Part shown: piece by piece, positions 1-13,699 of the stretch
Layout of the letters: each line of letters begins with the position of its first letter
How positions within the stretch are numbered: the stretch's first letter is position 1
Source of the DNA: Camelus dromedarius
Lineage: Eukaryota
Direction of reading: 5' to 3'
Length of the DNA: 64,000 nucleotides
Assembly (NCBI RefSeq): GCF_036321535.1
Contig: NC_087437.1
Location: 122,204,001 to 122,268,000, forward strand
Made by a program: the position numbers and the translations under genes
The notes under the pieces: model-generated
The model's input: the letters and a program-made list of their open reading frames with translations, nothing else
The model's database searches: none
Told to the model about the DNA's origin: nothing

Positions 1-3000
1 CAGGTTTCCTGGGGCAGCAAGACCAGAGGTGGCAGGAGCCAATGCAGACACCACATAGCCCCCAAAGACCTCCTGGGGCTTAAAGTGACCGGAGGGAGGA
101 GGAGACCCAAAGGCATCAGCCACATGATTTAGTCCCCCCGGTACCGGACACAGGGAGCCTGTGCTGCAGCGAATGTGGCGTTTGTTCCCACCGTTACTCA
201 CAAACGGCCCAAATTCCTTCCTGATAAATTTGCTGTGACACATTCTCCCGGACCCAACCACCTTCAGAACATTTTCTCTGAGTGACGAATATGGCTTAGC
301 TGTCCAGGTTCTGGAAAGTGTTGTTACAGGAACCACAGAGGCCAGGTCAGCTGGCCCCAGGGAAAGGCGGTGGCCGTGTCTCTCCCCAGACATGTGACAC
401 TTCCCCCAGGCCGCACAGGAGACCCCTGGTCCCCAACCCTAGGGCCTGAGAGGTGGGCTGGTGGTGGGGAGGGGGAGGGGATCCCTGCCGCAGCATCTCT
501 GCTGTGGGGGGGGCTGGGGGCCTGGGGGGCTGGCCAGTCACCCCGTCTCTGGCATCCAGAATCCTGGCACGTCCTTCGCCCATGGTGCCTGGGCCAACAG
601 CAGCTGGCTTGGAGCCCCGCACACCTTCCAGCCCCAGGCAGCAGGCGCCCGTGCAGTGAGAGGCCCTGACGTCCGGGGCAGCCGTGGACACAGCCACCGT
701 CAAAGGTCAGTAGCCGGGACCACATCTGGAAGGAGAGTCGCCCAAGGACACTTGAGCAGGACCCGGTGTGGACAGTGGCCCCAACCCAAGGGGGCTGGGA
801 GAGCAGGGACCCCCAACCTCGAGGGCATATGGGTCTAACCAGCCCAGCACCCAGGACGGAGTGATGAGGTCGACCGAGTTTCCCCTGGCAGCGTACTGGG
901 TGGCGATGTCCTCTGGCCTGTTCCCGTGCTCTCTGGGTGGAGCCCCTCACGGGGGACGGAGACCTGCTGCTGATGGATGGGGCACCGGCTGGGCTCACAG
1001 ACTGTGTCACACAACAGGTCCACCCACTTCCTGGGTGGGGAGACGGAGGCAACGCAGGGCCAGTGGCTGGCCTCGGGTTGTTCAGCGAAGAGTGGGGGCC
1101 CCATGAGCCTGGCCCCTGTCAGTGCCATGTGCGGGCAGAGGTCAGAGGGCGTGGGCACTGAGGCTGGACTCTGGGGACCTTTGAGAGGCGACAGGGATCC
1201 CTGCCCACTGTGAGGGCTCTCGGAGCCGGTGGAAGGTGGGCTCCAGAAAGAGCCGACCAGGCTGGGGCTTCAGCATGAGCCAGGCACGTATGACAGGAAC
1301 AGGCCACTCCAGGACAGGCAGGCAGCCAGGGCCACAGACCCTGGGGGCCTCCAGCCCAGCCAGACCCTTCAGACCCTCACCAGCCGGACCCGAGCATGGA
1401 AAGGTGGCGGAGGCGACCAGGCTGCTTCATGGTCAGGTCCCCGGGCGGGAAGTGGGGGTGGAGGGTCTCTCTCTGTAGAAGCATTGTCCTCTCGTGAGCC
1501 CTGGACCGCACCTGCCTCCCCAGCAGATGAGAGCAGTGACCGCCAGCACCCCTCCCGCACCTGCCACCGTGCGCACACACGCGGAGGGCTAAGTGTGTGG
1601 AGTAGCATGCTGCTGAACTCCCTTATCCTCATGCAGGTGGCCCCGGGGTGGTGACGACGAAGTCCTGGTCAGTGCGGCCCGACATCTCCTGCGCCATGCA
1701 AGGGGGCATGGTGGCCACTGCAGCTTGAGCCACCCCGGCCGTGGGAGTCCTTATCTGAGGAGAAATTGGTAGGGCTCTTGTGGCGTTCCAGAAAATCCCA
1801 CCCCGTGATTCCCCTGAGCTCTGGGATCTGGCTTTCTTGAAGTCCCTTCCAACTCGCAAATCTGTCCCCGTCGCCAGCCACAGAGCCAGCCCACCCTCGC
1901 CACGTACGTCTGCAGGAATTCACGCTGCAGCTCATGTGTCCTGCGTCTCAAGGCCGCTAACCCTCAGACAAGCTGGTTCTGTTTAGGGCTTGATTTGTCA
2001 GACAGTGTGAAACTTTCTTCCTGCCAGAAAGTGGTTTCATCGAAGGAAGGGACTCTTCTCTTTGGCTGGTGTCTCTGGGTCCCCCTCCCAGAGTCAGCCC
2101 GTGGAGACAGGAGGGGCCAGGAGGCAACAGTGGGCACCAACCAGCGAGTAGAAGAGACCCAGTGGGGCCCCAAACTGGCTGTCACAGCTCCCACCCTTCC
2201 CAGGTGCAGGGAACCGCAGTGCGAGTGGGGCGGGGTGCACGAGCCCTGAGTCCTGGCCCCACAGCGGCAGAGCTGGGGGCGGGGACTGTGAAATGGGACT
2301 CCCCCCCAGGTGGCCCCTGAGGTCCTTTCCAGGAGGAGTTCCTAATTTTGGGGGAACGTTTTATTTAAGATGCTGGGGGGGTCCTTCTGCTTCCTAACCG
2401 CCCCATATAGGGCAGCGGGCATCTATGCAGTAGCAGCCTGACTTTGAGATTCAGTGTCCAATTCCTGGGCCTAAGCCATCCCAGGTCAGCTTTGGCCCCA
2501 GGCCTCAGAGTCCAGCTCTGGGAGAGGACCCAGGGCCCTGTCTCAAGCTCTGTGGTGTCCCCTCCCCTCTCATGCAATGTGTGACCAGCTCTGCCCACAC
2601 CCTGCCCTGTGGTCACCATCGGTCTCCTCTGCCCTTTCCCCAGGACTTCTCCTGGGAGGTGATGGACACTGCTGCCCCTGTGGTCCCTGCAGTCTGCACC
2701 TGCACACTCCCCCCATCCTGGAGGTGCAGCCCTGCGGGACGAGTGGGGAGGAGAGGGCTGCCAACCAGAGAAGGCGCTGACCCACACAGTAACAAAAGCA
2801 GAGGCGGGCCCAGGCAGGAACCAGCCACCATGTGGGCGGGAAAGTGGGGACCCTGTGGGAGTGCTCCCAGGGTCACTGCCGAGCTTGAGTGCTCATTTCT
2901 AGTAATGTGAGAACAGAGCTGCTCAGGATGGACGCTGGGTATCGCTACAAGCGTTCCTGGCTCTTCTCCTCTTCTTTCCTTGCGGGACGCCAGATGTGCT

Positions 3001-3419
3001 TCCAGGGTTCAGCTGGACCAGTTTCACACGATCCTGCCGACCAGCACGCACATGCCCGCAGTGGTGCTGACACCCGCCCAGTGAGCTTGGGAAGATGCCT
3101 GGGGGCCAAGACACACACAACACTGTCCTGACCCTGGAGCCCCGCAGTCACTTAACGCAAGACAACTTGCCCGGCGTGAGGGCTAGGAAGAGCCCCTTTG
3201 ACGGAGAAGCCACAGCTCGGGTGGCTCACAGGGCACAGGTGTGACTGGCCACTTGTGTGCCTTGGCCCTGTCATCCCGACCTCTGTCATCATGGGCGACC
3301 CGGAGGCACTGACCTCCCCGACGGACTGGCCTGTTCATCATCTCAGACAGACAGACAGACCCGGCCATGTGGGAGGTCAGGCTCAAATACACCAGCCCTG
3401 AAGAAGAAACAGGCAAGTG

Positions 3420-4740
3420 AAAGATAAAATCAACAAAACAAAAAGCTGATTGTTTGAAAAGATCAGTAAATTTGATAAAACTCTTAAGTATGGTGATTTT
3501 TAAAAAGAAGTCACAAATTATCAACATCAGGAATGAAAGAGAAGACATCACTACAGATCCAACAGACATTTGATGGACAATAAAGAGATACAGCAATGGG
3601 GGAGGAGGTACCTGCGCAAGGTCCTGGATTCAATCCCCGGCATCTCCATTAAAAATAAATAAACTTTCTTTTTTAAAAGAAATACGATGACGACCTATTT
3701 AGCTGACGAGAGAAGAAAGAAGCAGGATCTTCCCCAAACTGCCAACACAGTAGGAATCACACTCGCAAGACCCTGGGCTTGCAGATTTGAACCTTGTTTT
3801 ATTCCTGGTCCTTAAACAATAATGTATAAAATTCTTCTCTCTCCACCTCATTTTCAAAAAAAAAAGACGGGGAAAGATAAAAAGAAATAGGATGACCATC
3901 TTTGTGCCAATAAATTTAGACAACTTATATGAAATAAACAAATTTCTTGACAGACACAAGTTTTTCTAAACTAACTCAAGAAGAAATAGTCCTATATTTA
4001 TTAAGGCAATTAAATTCATTATCTGAGCGGGCTTCACTGGAGAATTCTATCAAATATTTTAAAAAGAAGTAACATCAATCCTGTATAAATTCTTTCAAAA
4101 TACAGAGGAAAAGTGGACATTTCACAACTCATTTCATGAGACCAGCATTACTCTGATACCAAAAGCAGACGAAAATATTAAAAGAAAAGAAAAAAGATGC
4201 AGCCCCACACCCCTCATGAGTATAGACACAAAAATGCTTAACAAAATGTTCACAGATTGAACCTACTACTTTTAGAAAAAGACATTATGCTATGACCAAG
4301 TGGATTTATCCCCAAAATGTAACTTTGGTTTAAGATTTTTAAAAAATCAAACAATCTAAACTAATGTAAATTCACCATATTAACAGAATAAGGGTGATGA
4401 ACCCATCTGATCTCCTTAATAAATGCAGAAAATCTATTTGACAAAATACAACACTTGCTTATGAAAGTACTCTAAGAAAACTAGGAATTGAAGGTAATTT
4501 CTCAACCTAAAAAAGAATGCCATCCACAAAAACCCAATACCCCACAGCTAATACTACATTTAATATGAAAAACAGAAAACCTTCTCTCTAAATTTGGGAA
4601 CACGGTAAAGGTGTCCACTCTGAGTCCTGCTGTTTGACATTGTACTGGAGGTTCAACTGGTGCACAAAGGTGGGGAAAGGAAGTGAAAGAAATGCAGACG
4701 GGAAAGAAGTAGAACTGCCTGTTCACAGCCGACATGACCT
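3420..4740 (+). mobile_element. Old LINE-1 ORF2 fragment
   Basis: A-rich degenerate L1 ORF2 motifs (gacatcactacagatcc, aacaaatttcttga, caactcatttcatgagaccagcattactctgataccaaa, aaatgcagaaaa...tttgacaaaat). Confidence 0.85.
3598..3675 (+). mobile_element. Internally deleted tRNA-derived SINE (Vic-1-like)
   Basis: gggggagg...aggtcctggattcaatccccggcatctccattaaaaataaataaa, matching the copies at 23549 and 53621; inserted in the L1. Confidence 0.6.
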
Positions 4741-5059
4741 AGGAGCCCTGTGGAGCCTACCAAAAGCCAGCTGCATGGGCCTGCAGGTGACTTTGGCAGA
4801 GCGCAGGCTCGAGACACAAAAGCAGGTATACGGCAGGGCCTCAGGTGTGCTGGAGTGAGGGTCTCTGTGAATCCACTCCTTAAAAGCGATGGAATCACCG
4901 CCAGAATTGTCTAAACTACGCTTCCCAAGCTCTGGAGATTAATCAGAGGGTTGCAAAAATCTTCAGAGTTCATTCAAGAAAAACTACTGTATCTTGGTAA
5001 GAATAAACTACTGCATTGTGCTACGGCGTGAACAACCCTCAGAGACTTTGTGTCAGGTG

Positions 5060-5350
5060 GCAGAACCAGACCCAGGAGACCACACAGTATGCGGTTCCAT
5101 TTCGACGACACACTCGGAAGAGGCAAGTCTGTAGAGACAGAAGCAGACGCGGCCCCCGGGGCTGAGGGCGGGGAGGGGCTCACTGTAAACGGCGAGGCCT
5201 CTTGCTGGGATGATGAAAAGGTCTAAAGCTGACATGTGATGATGACTACACCACTTGGTAAATTTACCGGAAATCTTGAATTACCCACCTAAGTATGATG
5301 AATTTTGAATTATATAAAATATACCTCAATAACCCTGTTTTAAAAAAAAT
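5060..5350 (+). mobile_element. L1M-type 3' UTR fragment
   Basis: ggttccattt...ggcaagtctgtagagacagaagcaga...tatacctcaataac, typical of an old L1 3' end. Confidence 0.7.
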
Positions 5351-5639
5351 CTCTGCACAGCCTTTGCCAGTCTCTCAGTTCTAAGGAGAATTCTAGCTAG
5401 AATTCAGGACCTTCCGTGGCAAGCACACCAGGCCCTCAACTGGGCCACGTACAAAGTGAGGGAGAACCAGCGACACACCGGTGTTCACAGAAGCATAACC
5501 CTAGGTTTGAATTGCACCGACCGCTGACTGGAAAAAAGCCATCTGCCCCTAAGCTAAGTGCCCACCAGAATAAAATCAACTCCTATAAGAAGGAAGCGAG
5601 CATAAAGAAGCCCCTCTATAGTCTTTCACAAGTAAAGTC

Positions 5640-6430
5640 CAACATTTAGTTTTTAAAAATCACCAGGTCAGTCAAGAGACAGGACTACATTGCTATACGG
5701 TTTAAAAAAAAACAAGAGAAATCGATCCACAAGAGGTCCTGGCTTTGGAGTTAACGTACATGAATTTTAAAGTAAATGCGATTAACATCTCAAGAAAACG
5801 GAAGGTGAGCTAGAGAACTGAAGAAGAGAACTGTAATCTATAAATTGAAGAGAAAATGGAAATTCTGAAACTTAAAAATACAGTAACAAGTAGTAAAAAC
5901 TGAATGGGATTAACAGCAGGTTGGACACAGCAGAAGGGAGGATAAATTCATTGGAAAATAGGTCAGTAGAAAATGGTCAAGACTGGGAACAAATTAAAAA
6001 CAGAAAGCAAATACAGAAAAGAGCAGTAGAGACACATATAATGTAACAAAAGTGTCTAACGTATGTGAAATTTAAGGCACAAATGGAGAATGAAGACACA
6101 ATGCGGCAGAGGCAATATTTGAAGAGATAATAACCAAGAATTTTCTAAAACTGACAAAAGATACCTACCACAGATTCAAAAACAGAAACCTGCACATGCC
6201 AAACGGGGTAAATGCAAAGAGCAGCCCGCCCCGGTACACCGCAGGGAAGCTGCTGTAAACCAGAGGCAGCGTGAGCAGCTAGAAGCCGCTGGGGAGGAGA
6301 GGCCGCTGTCCTCCAAGGAGCAGGAGGGCAGATTTCCCTCAAGTCTGGGAGCCCGAGGACAATGGAACGCCATCTTTCTCATCCCACTGAGATGGAATTC
6401 TTACCTAGGGCAATAGCCTTCATAACCAAA
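5640..6430 (+). mobile_element. Old L1 ORF1-region fragment
   Basis: atggaaattctgaaacttaaaaatacagtaac...gcaatatttgaagagataataaccaagaattttctaaaactgacaaaaga. Confidence 0.7.
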
Positions 6431-7039
6431 GTTTAAATAAAAAGTTGTTGAGACACGTGAAAACTGAAAAGATACACTGCACCAAACTGAACACTCTGGG
6501 CGTGACGGTCGGCAGCCCCCCAGGCGGCCCGGTGGCCCTGGGAGCGGGGCGGCGGTCCTCCGCAGCCGGGCCCGCAGCGGGCTGCTGGGGGCCTGCTCTC
6601 CATCCTGCGTCCTGCTGCACCTTTTGAATTCTGCACAGGGAGCAGGCATTATCTCTCCAAAATAAATTTTAAAATATCACAAACATTCAATGTCAAACAT
6701 TAGCAATTTTTTTAGTTAGTAAAAACTCATAAAGCAGTGCAGAGTAACCATACACACAACTGACCAAGAGAACACTCCTGCGTGTGGACACACGCTGCTC
6801 CCGCATCAGCCAGAGGCCCCGGGGGGAGAGCCAGCCCCCAGGCCCGCCCCGCTGTCTCCCTCGGCAGCGAGCGAGCGTGAGTGAGTCCCAGCGCCACTGT
6901 CCACTCAGCCGGCACCACGTCTCCATCGTCGCCTGTGCAGCAGGACCACCAAGAACAGAGGCGACAACCTCTGCACTGCTGCCCCTTCCTCCAGCCCTCC
7001 GTCCTGGTCTGCGTGTCTTGCTTTGACCCACGCAAGCAG

Positions 7040-7298
7040 GGCTGAGTTCCTAGAGAGGCCTCCAGGGGACAGCCGACAGCCAGCCCCACAGGACCCACCA
7101 GTAACAGTGAGTAACGTGGCCCTAGGTCGTCCAGCCCCCGCCCAGCCTTCATTGACTGCCCCCCGTGCGTGGGCTCAGGTGAACTGCCCCGCTGAGCCCA
7201 GCCCAGTGCCACCCCACCCACAATGAGCAAGTAAACTAGGTGCTGCTTTAAGCCATTAAGTGTGGGGATGGTTTGTATGGGACGCAGGTAACGACTCA
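7040..7298 (+). mobile_element. MLT1 (MaLR) LTR 3' fragment
   Basis: gctgagcccagcccag...gctttaagccattaagtgtggggatggtttgt...ggtaac, an MLT1 3'-end motif. Confidence 0.55.
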
Positions 7299-10200
7299 GG
7301 CATGGAGGTGGGGGGGGGGGCAGCAGTGGGGAAGGGACGGAGCGGGTCGCCTTGTGGCGACAGCTGCTGCAGCCCGCCTAGTCGCCTTAGAGAGATTACA
7401 CTTTGTCTAATACGGTTTTTGTGAAAAATTTTGTGTCCCAGTTCTTTGAAACTATGCAGTGCCTTGGGAATTACTTACACCTCTGAGAATCCTGTGAGAG
7501 CTGTGGGCCTCTTCCCAGGAAAATGCCCGCGGGCAAGTTTCCACTCAGACTGTGGGGGCACGGTGTCCGGCCCCCAGGGCAGGCCCCCAGCGAGAGGCCC
7601 CAGGTGGGGCCGCCAGTCGATTGCACACCCCGACAGGCCAGGCGGACCCTGGAGTGTGTGTCAGGGCGGCCGTCCTGTGCCCCCAGAAGCTGAAGGGACA
7701 TCCCGGGGACCCTCTCAGCTCAGTGCAGCCCAGCTGGTCAGAGGAGGCGTAAATATTTTGAAGCATTTTGTAAACTAAGTTCATGTAGTTTAGATGCACT
7801 CAGAGGTGGTGCAGGGGAAAACCCACCACCACTGGGCAGGACGTTCAAAGACCTTCAGTTTTCCTCCCACACCTGTCCTCCCCGTGAGCACCTGTCTCCT
7901 GTCTCAGAGGCTCCCATGACACAGGCCCGCATCAGGTCTGGCGAGGGGAGCTTGGTGGACACCACCTGGGGACTGCTGTCCTCCAGCCACTTCACTTCCC
8001 CAGAAGTGACCACATGCCCCAGGCCGGACATGCAGGGTGTGAGGACCCTCAGGAGCACCACGTGGCTGGGTTGGGTCCACTGGACACTCACAGACCCTTT
8101 CCACCAGGGGCAGCTCTTGAACTGCCAGCACGTGTTCCCCGACCTTCCTGCCACCTGGTACACCCCACGCGGGCCCCTCCCCAGGGCATGGCCTCCATCC
8201 TGGCTCCCACGGGAGATGTGAACTGCGGGCCACACAAATTCTCACAGCGCCCTGCGTCATCATGAGAACAGCGCTCCGCAGCCCGACACCAGGTAAGAGT
8301 CTTCAGACTAGTGATGTAGCTTCAGCTTAAAACGACAAAGCCTCTGCTCTACACCGACTTGGAGCCCTCACACTGACACTGACTCCTGGGCATTGCCCGT
8401 CAACGGCGGGGGTTGTAATTCCGGGGTTGTCCCTGGAGAGCGGAGAATTACTCCGTCCGCTCCAGGAGTGAGCAAAGGAAATGTGGGCACACAGTCATCC
8501 TCTAAGATGCATCTCTGAGGCCAAGGGCAATGCCCGCCACCTGGCCCCGCCCCACCAGATGCACTGAGCACCGGAAAGCCGGGAAAGCCACGGAGGGCCT
8601 CTGCACCTGGAACCACCGAGGACAGGTGGGTAGAGAAGGAAAGGGCACTTTCCAGTTCTCCTCCGCTGGGCCAGTGCGGGGCGGCAGCCAGATACAGCTC
8701 CTTCCCCCTCTGAAGGCTCACAGGTGTCTCTCCTTGGCACCCGCCAGTCTCCCAGGCGTCAAAGTGTATCTGTGCTGCTCACACTCACACTGTCCCCCAC
8801 AAATGGAACTGAAAGCAGTGAAAAGGTGTCATCTGACCCAAGCATCTCGGGTGCTGAGAGCACCGGGCTGCAGACCTCAGCAGGACAGAGAGGCTGCCAG
8901 GGCCCTGGACCCGGGACTTTTGGCTGAGGCGCAGCTCACCCTGGGGGCCCCCATATCCCTCTGCCCCTCGGAATCCCTGAGCTGCCCACCTCTGCCTGCA
9001 GGAACAGCCTGGCAGGAGCCAGTGTGGGCGCTGGTGTGACCGTGAGTCCCACGTCCCCGAGGATGAACGGTCAGCCATCTTCAGCCTGCACGCGGCGCTG
9101 AGCGGGAGGGCACAGACCGAGCCCCCCCGTGGTTCTGGAACGTCAGACGAGCCCCTCTCGATAAGTCGAGGAAAACTAACCTGGGACTGACAAGGGGAGG
9201 CTCTTCTGGCCCAAGAGACAGTAAAGGCCTGAGTTCGATGCCCCCAGGGCTGCCTAAATAAAGCCACAGCAGGGGCCCCGGGGGTTCCGGTTTCACCACT
9301 GCAGTTTGAGGTCAGCTGCACACTGCGCAGATGCCCAGTCACCCCTACAGCCGAGGTGGGCTGGGCCCAGAGGGCAATTCTGAGGGTCTCCTATGAATGT
9401 CCACAGAATCTCAGGCCCTGCAAAGCCTGCATGTCAGAGGCTCAGGGATTTACTGGTTCAGCCCCCGCCTCCGGGCCACACCAAGCCAGGCACCACCCTG
9501 CAGGCCGGAACGCACTGGAAGCCGCCCCACCTCCGCGGGCTGCGCATCCCAGGAAGGTTACTGCAGGCCCTGGCCAGGTACCCCCAGACTCCCCCACAGC
9601 GAGGGCAGCTGCAGGGTGAGCTGCCAGCTGCCTCCATGGAAGTGGGGAGCACTGAGTGACTAATGCTGTCACCGCCTCGTGGAGAGGCAGAGAGGCCTCG
9701 CAGAGGCCGCGTGCTGACAGCCCCTCCACAGGAGAAAGGGGTAGGGGCAAGCGTCCCAGCAGGGCCACAAAACAGTGCTTCGCCTCCGGCAGTCCAACCT
9801 GAAGCCAGAGCCTGGTGTCCCCCGGGGGCAGAAACGGGATGCTGGGCTGCCCCCTCCCCCAGCTCAGGAGACGGGCCGCCTTCCTCTGAAGGTGAGCATC
9901 TTCTGCAGGTGCTGGCCTTGCTCCAGAGCCCGGGACCCACCAGGGGCCCCGCAGGCACCCTTCCCACTGACGCCTCCAGCGCCAGGGCCCAGCACAGCGC
10001 TGCCTGCACCCAGCCGGCCTGCGGCACAGATGTTTCTTGCTCCTGGGCCCCCTCAAAGCTGCCTCCCGGTCACCTAAGACCTGAGTCAGAGCGACACTGC
10101 TAAGAGCAGAATGTGCTGCCTTCAGAGCCCAAAAGGCCTGCCAGGCCTGTGCTTCCTTCCTCGAAGGGGGACCAAGACGCAGCCACTTTTTACTTTGGGG

Positions 10201-12679
10201 GGCATCCTGGTGCCCCTGACCACCAGCCCCTGAAACTTGCCTGAAGTGCAGATCCCTGGATTTTCAGGAGGCTCCCTCCCACCCTCTGGGGCACCTGTGT
10301 CTTATGGCCTCCTGCTCACTCGCCTCCCCCCTCGCAGGCCTGTGCGCGATGTCATCACTGCAGGGATCTGTGTCCTGCCCTGGGGCTGTCCAGGGGCCCA
10401 GGCTCCTCGACTGCGACGGGCAGAGGGGAGAGGCAGCTCGGCCTTGAGGCCGAACCTTGAACAAGGACTGACATCCTCCCACGTGACTGCAAGCAGCTTC
10501 TGAGCCCCTCTTCTAACTGGATTGGAAAGTTGATGGCTGGTCCACAGCCTCACTGATCCACTACAACGAGGATCCACGTCCAGCACAGCAGGCGCCCTTG
10601 GGCCGCTGCCCGGTTGAGTCCCACTGGTCTGCAGGGCCTCTCCAGGACCCGCCAGTCTGCAGCCCTTGTCGCCCCAGAGACGTGAGGGCCCACCTGCCTG
10701 CATCCTCCAGGCCGTGACCTCCAGCATGTCACGCAGCCTGTGGTTCACTGCCTCGGCCGCAGAGGGGTCCCCGCTGCGATGTCTGTGACCACACCGCAGG
10801 GAGCCCAATTGCAGTGACTCCAATGGCCAGCTGCACACTTGGGGACAAGGAAAATGATCACTGGGCAGTCTGACCAGGGACCCCACTGTGACCAACACTT
10901 CTGCCAGGACTCTCATCAACAGGCCCACTAAGCCCCTCCTCCAACAGGGAGGCCGTGCTGACGCTGTGGGCCTCCAGGGGCCAGTGTCCACACAGACGCC
11001 GTGTCCAGTCACCCTCAGAATGTCTTGACGGGCCCCTATCCCCTGTGTTGAGTCACCCAAGTAGACGCTGCAGGCCTTTTGGGGAGAACTGGGGACTCAC
11101 AATATACACTTGCCAGGGCATGGCCCGGCCACCAGGCCACCTCTGCAGTCAGCAGTTCCAGATGGGAACATTAGCTCCGTCTGAGAAAGACTCAGGATCC
11201 TGGCTTTTTGCTGGAGGCGCTGCCCTCGGCCCTCCGTCCCTTCCTCCGCGCCCTCCAGGGCAGCTCCAGAACCTGTACGCTGCTCAACAAGGGCCTCACT
11301 TTCTCTGGGCTTCTGTGCGCCATCCCAGAATTGAGTTTGCCCTGTGACCTGCCAGAATACTAAATCCTAAGTTCTGAGAAACTGTCCCCAAGTCGATGAT
11401 TTTTGCTTATCCAGTCTCCTGCTCTGGTCCGGGGATCAAGGACGCTCCAATGCCAACCCCAGGGCGGCTGCCTGGCTCTGGCAGCTCCTCTGATGTGCAA
11501 CCTGGTTCCTTCTAAGCAGGCCCCGCATGTCCCCACCCAGGCTGCACTGGACTTTCTCCCAGGCGTTGGCCTGGCAGCCAGGAGGCAGGCCAGGGTGGCC
11601 TCCGACGGGGACCCCTGTTGCTTGCTGCAGGGAGGCCCCTGTATCCTCTCCCAGCACAGAGGAAGGGCTGGCTCTGCAGGGGAGGATGGGGCCCTGCAAG
11701 TTCCAAGGGGTCAGGGGTCTGCAGATCCACATCCTCAGGGCTCCCACCCAGATGGCCCAGCCCAGGTTTCAGGGTCTCAGGTTTTCTCGGCCAGGGTCCT
11801 GGCTGTCGCAGACCAACGATGGCTGAGCCGTCAGCACACCTGGAGCTGGGGACGCCTCACTGTCACCATCAGCCGCTGCTCAGCCCTCAGCATTTCTCCT
11901 GCAGGAGACGAGATTTCTTTCTAGGCCAGAGATGCCTCTGGCTCCCACTCTGAGCTTCTAGCTGCTGGTTAACTGCCTCGGTCTCCCGTTGTCTCTCTGC
12001 AGGACCACCAGTGCAACTCTGCCCTGAGCAGCCAACCCGCAGACACGTTCAGCCACCTGAGTGGTCACACCTGCAAGGTGCTCCCTCTACCAGGACATTT
12101 TCCCAAGTCACCCCTAGTGAAATCTAGCACTGGGGCATCCACCTTGTGCCGGGAGCTATCTGCCCCCCCCACCAACCTGGACGGGGCCCCTTGGCCTGCC
12201 AGCTGGGGGCAAGGCAGCGTGAACCCCCTACAGTGCTCCTGTGTTCAGTGGAGTCCTCTGAGAAGGAGGCACCAGGGCTGGGCGAGATGTGACCAGAGGT
12301 TTAATGGGGCGCTGGCTCTGAAGGACCCAGGGGAGGAGGCGAGGATGACGGGCGAGCCCTCAGACCAGAGGTGAGCCCCCCCGGAAGGGGAGGGGCTGGG
12401 TGGAGGAGTGGCTGCCCACAGAGCCGTTCCTAGACTGCCCTGGCCATGTTGATGGGGACACTGGAGCCAAATTAACCCCTTAAAAGATCTGGGTCTGGTA
12501 GGAATGGACCTGTGCTCACACCCCCGGGAGCAGCCCCCTGGGAAGTGCTGCCCCAGAGAGCGTGCGGAGGACCCAGAGGAGCAGCTCCTGCGAGGCACCT
12601 GCCCACCCCCAGCTTCAGCTGGGCTCCAGGCAGTGGGAGCCTGAGCTTGTCTTCCTGGCCACCACGTGGCTGCCATACT

Positions 12680-12772
12680 CATGCACACTTGTACAGACAC
12701 ACACACACTCACACGCTCACAGCTGCACACAGACACACGTCACACACACACACATATCCTCACACATTCACC
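12680..12772. repeat. Degenerate (CA)n low-complexity tract
   Basis: cacacacactcacacgctcacagctgcacacagacacacgtcacacacacacac. Confidence 0.8.
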
Positions 12773-13699
12773 CTCCTCCTTCAGTGCCACCGGCTCCAGG
12801 CACCCACCGCACCCGGGAAAGGACGCTGGGGAGGAGATGAGGGACCCGTGCTGCCCAGGGAGGTGTGGGCAGTGGGGGGTGGGAGGCACTGATGGAGTCC
12901 AGCCTGAGGGGTCTCTGGGGGCCGGGAGCAGGTGGGAGGCAGGGTGCTGCAGCCAGGGCATAACTTGCAAGCCCTTTGGAGGGTAGAGCAGGGGCTTCCT
13001 GTCCTGTCGCCAGGCTGCAGGGGCCGCATGTCCCTCCTCACATGGGAGGGTGTCCCCCTCTGCTTGAACAGTCACTACTGCTGGGCTCATTGGGGACATA
13101 AAGACCCCTGCTCTCGGCCACCTTACTATCCCTCCAGGAGATGGGACCTGGCTGTACCAGAATCAGGGTGCAGAGGGAGGGAGATGTTCAGGAAGACCAG
13201 AGGTGCTGCATGCAGGGAGCACACAGGCAACCAAGGGGCTCTGGGGTCCCTCTCCCCTGGGGAGGAGGGACTAAGTCAGAGACCCTCAAAGCTGCTCCTC
13301 TGAGGCTGGAGCCACCCCTACCGCTGTGTGGTCCCCTTCGAGGCCGAGGACGGCTGTGATGCACCCTGTCCCAGAGCCCAGGGACCTGTCCCCACTCCTG
13401 CCCACACACCACCTCACAGAGGAGCATTGATCCCGGGGGCTGCCGCTCCTAGGGGAGTGGGGACCCCTTCCCACCCTCTCCCAGACGCAGGTAGGGCCTC
13501 ACAGTGGCCCTAAACACACACACGTCGCTGGGCTCTTGCAGGGAAGCGGGGTCCAGCCAGCACCACCAGGCCCGCACTCCCCGCCCAGAGCACCAGCTCT
13601 CGCCCCTCCCCAGCCGGCACTTCACCTCCGAGGGGCGAGGACCCCACCGCGGGGACACACGTTGTGACCCGTGGGTCTCAGAGCTGCGTGTCCCAGAAC

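Noticed and set aside
324..3400. Many overlapping ORFs (up to 242 aa) and exon-like snippets such as EHGNRPEDIATQYAARGNSVDL
   Set aside because: No recognisable domain and no consistent splice chain; such ORFs are expected in very GC-rich DNA.
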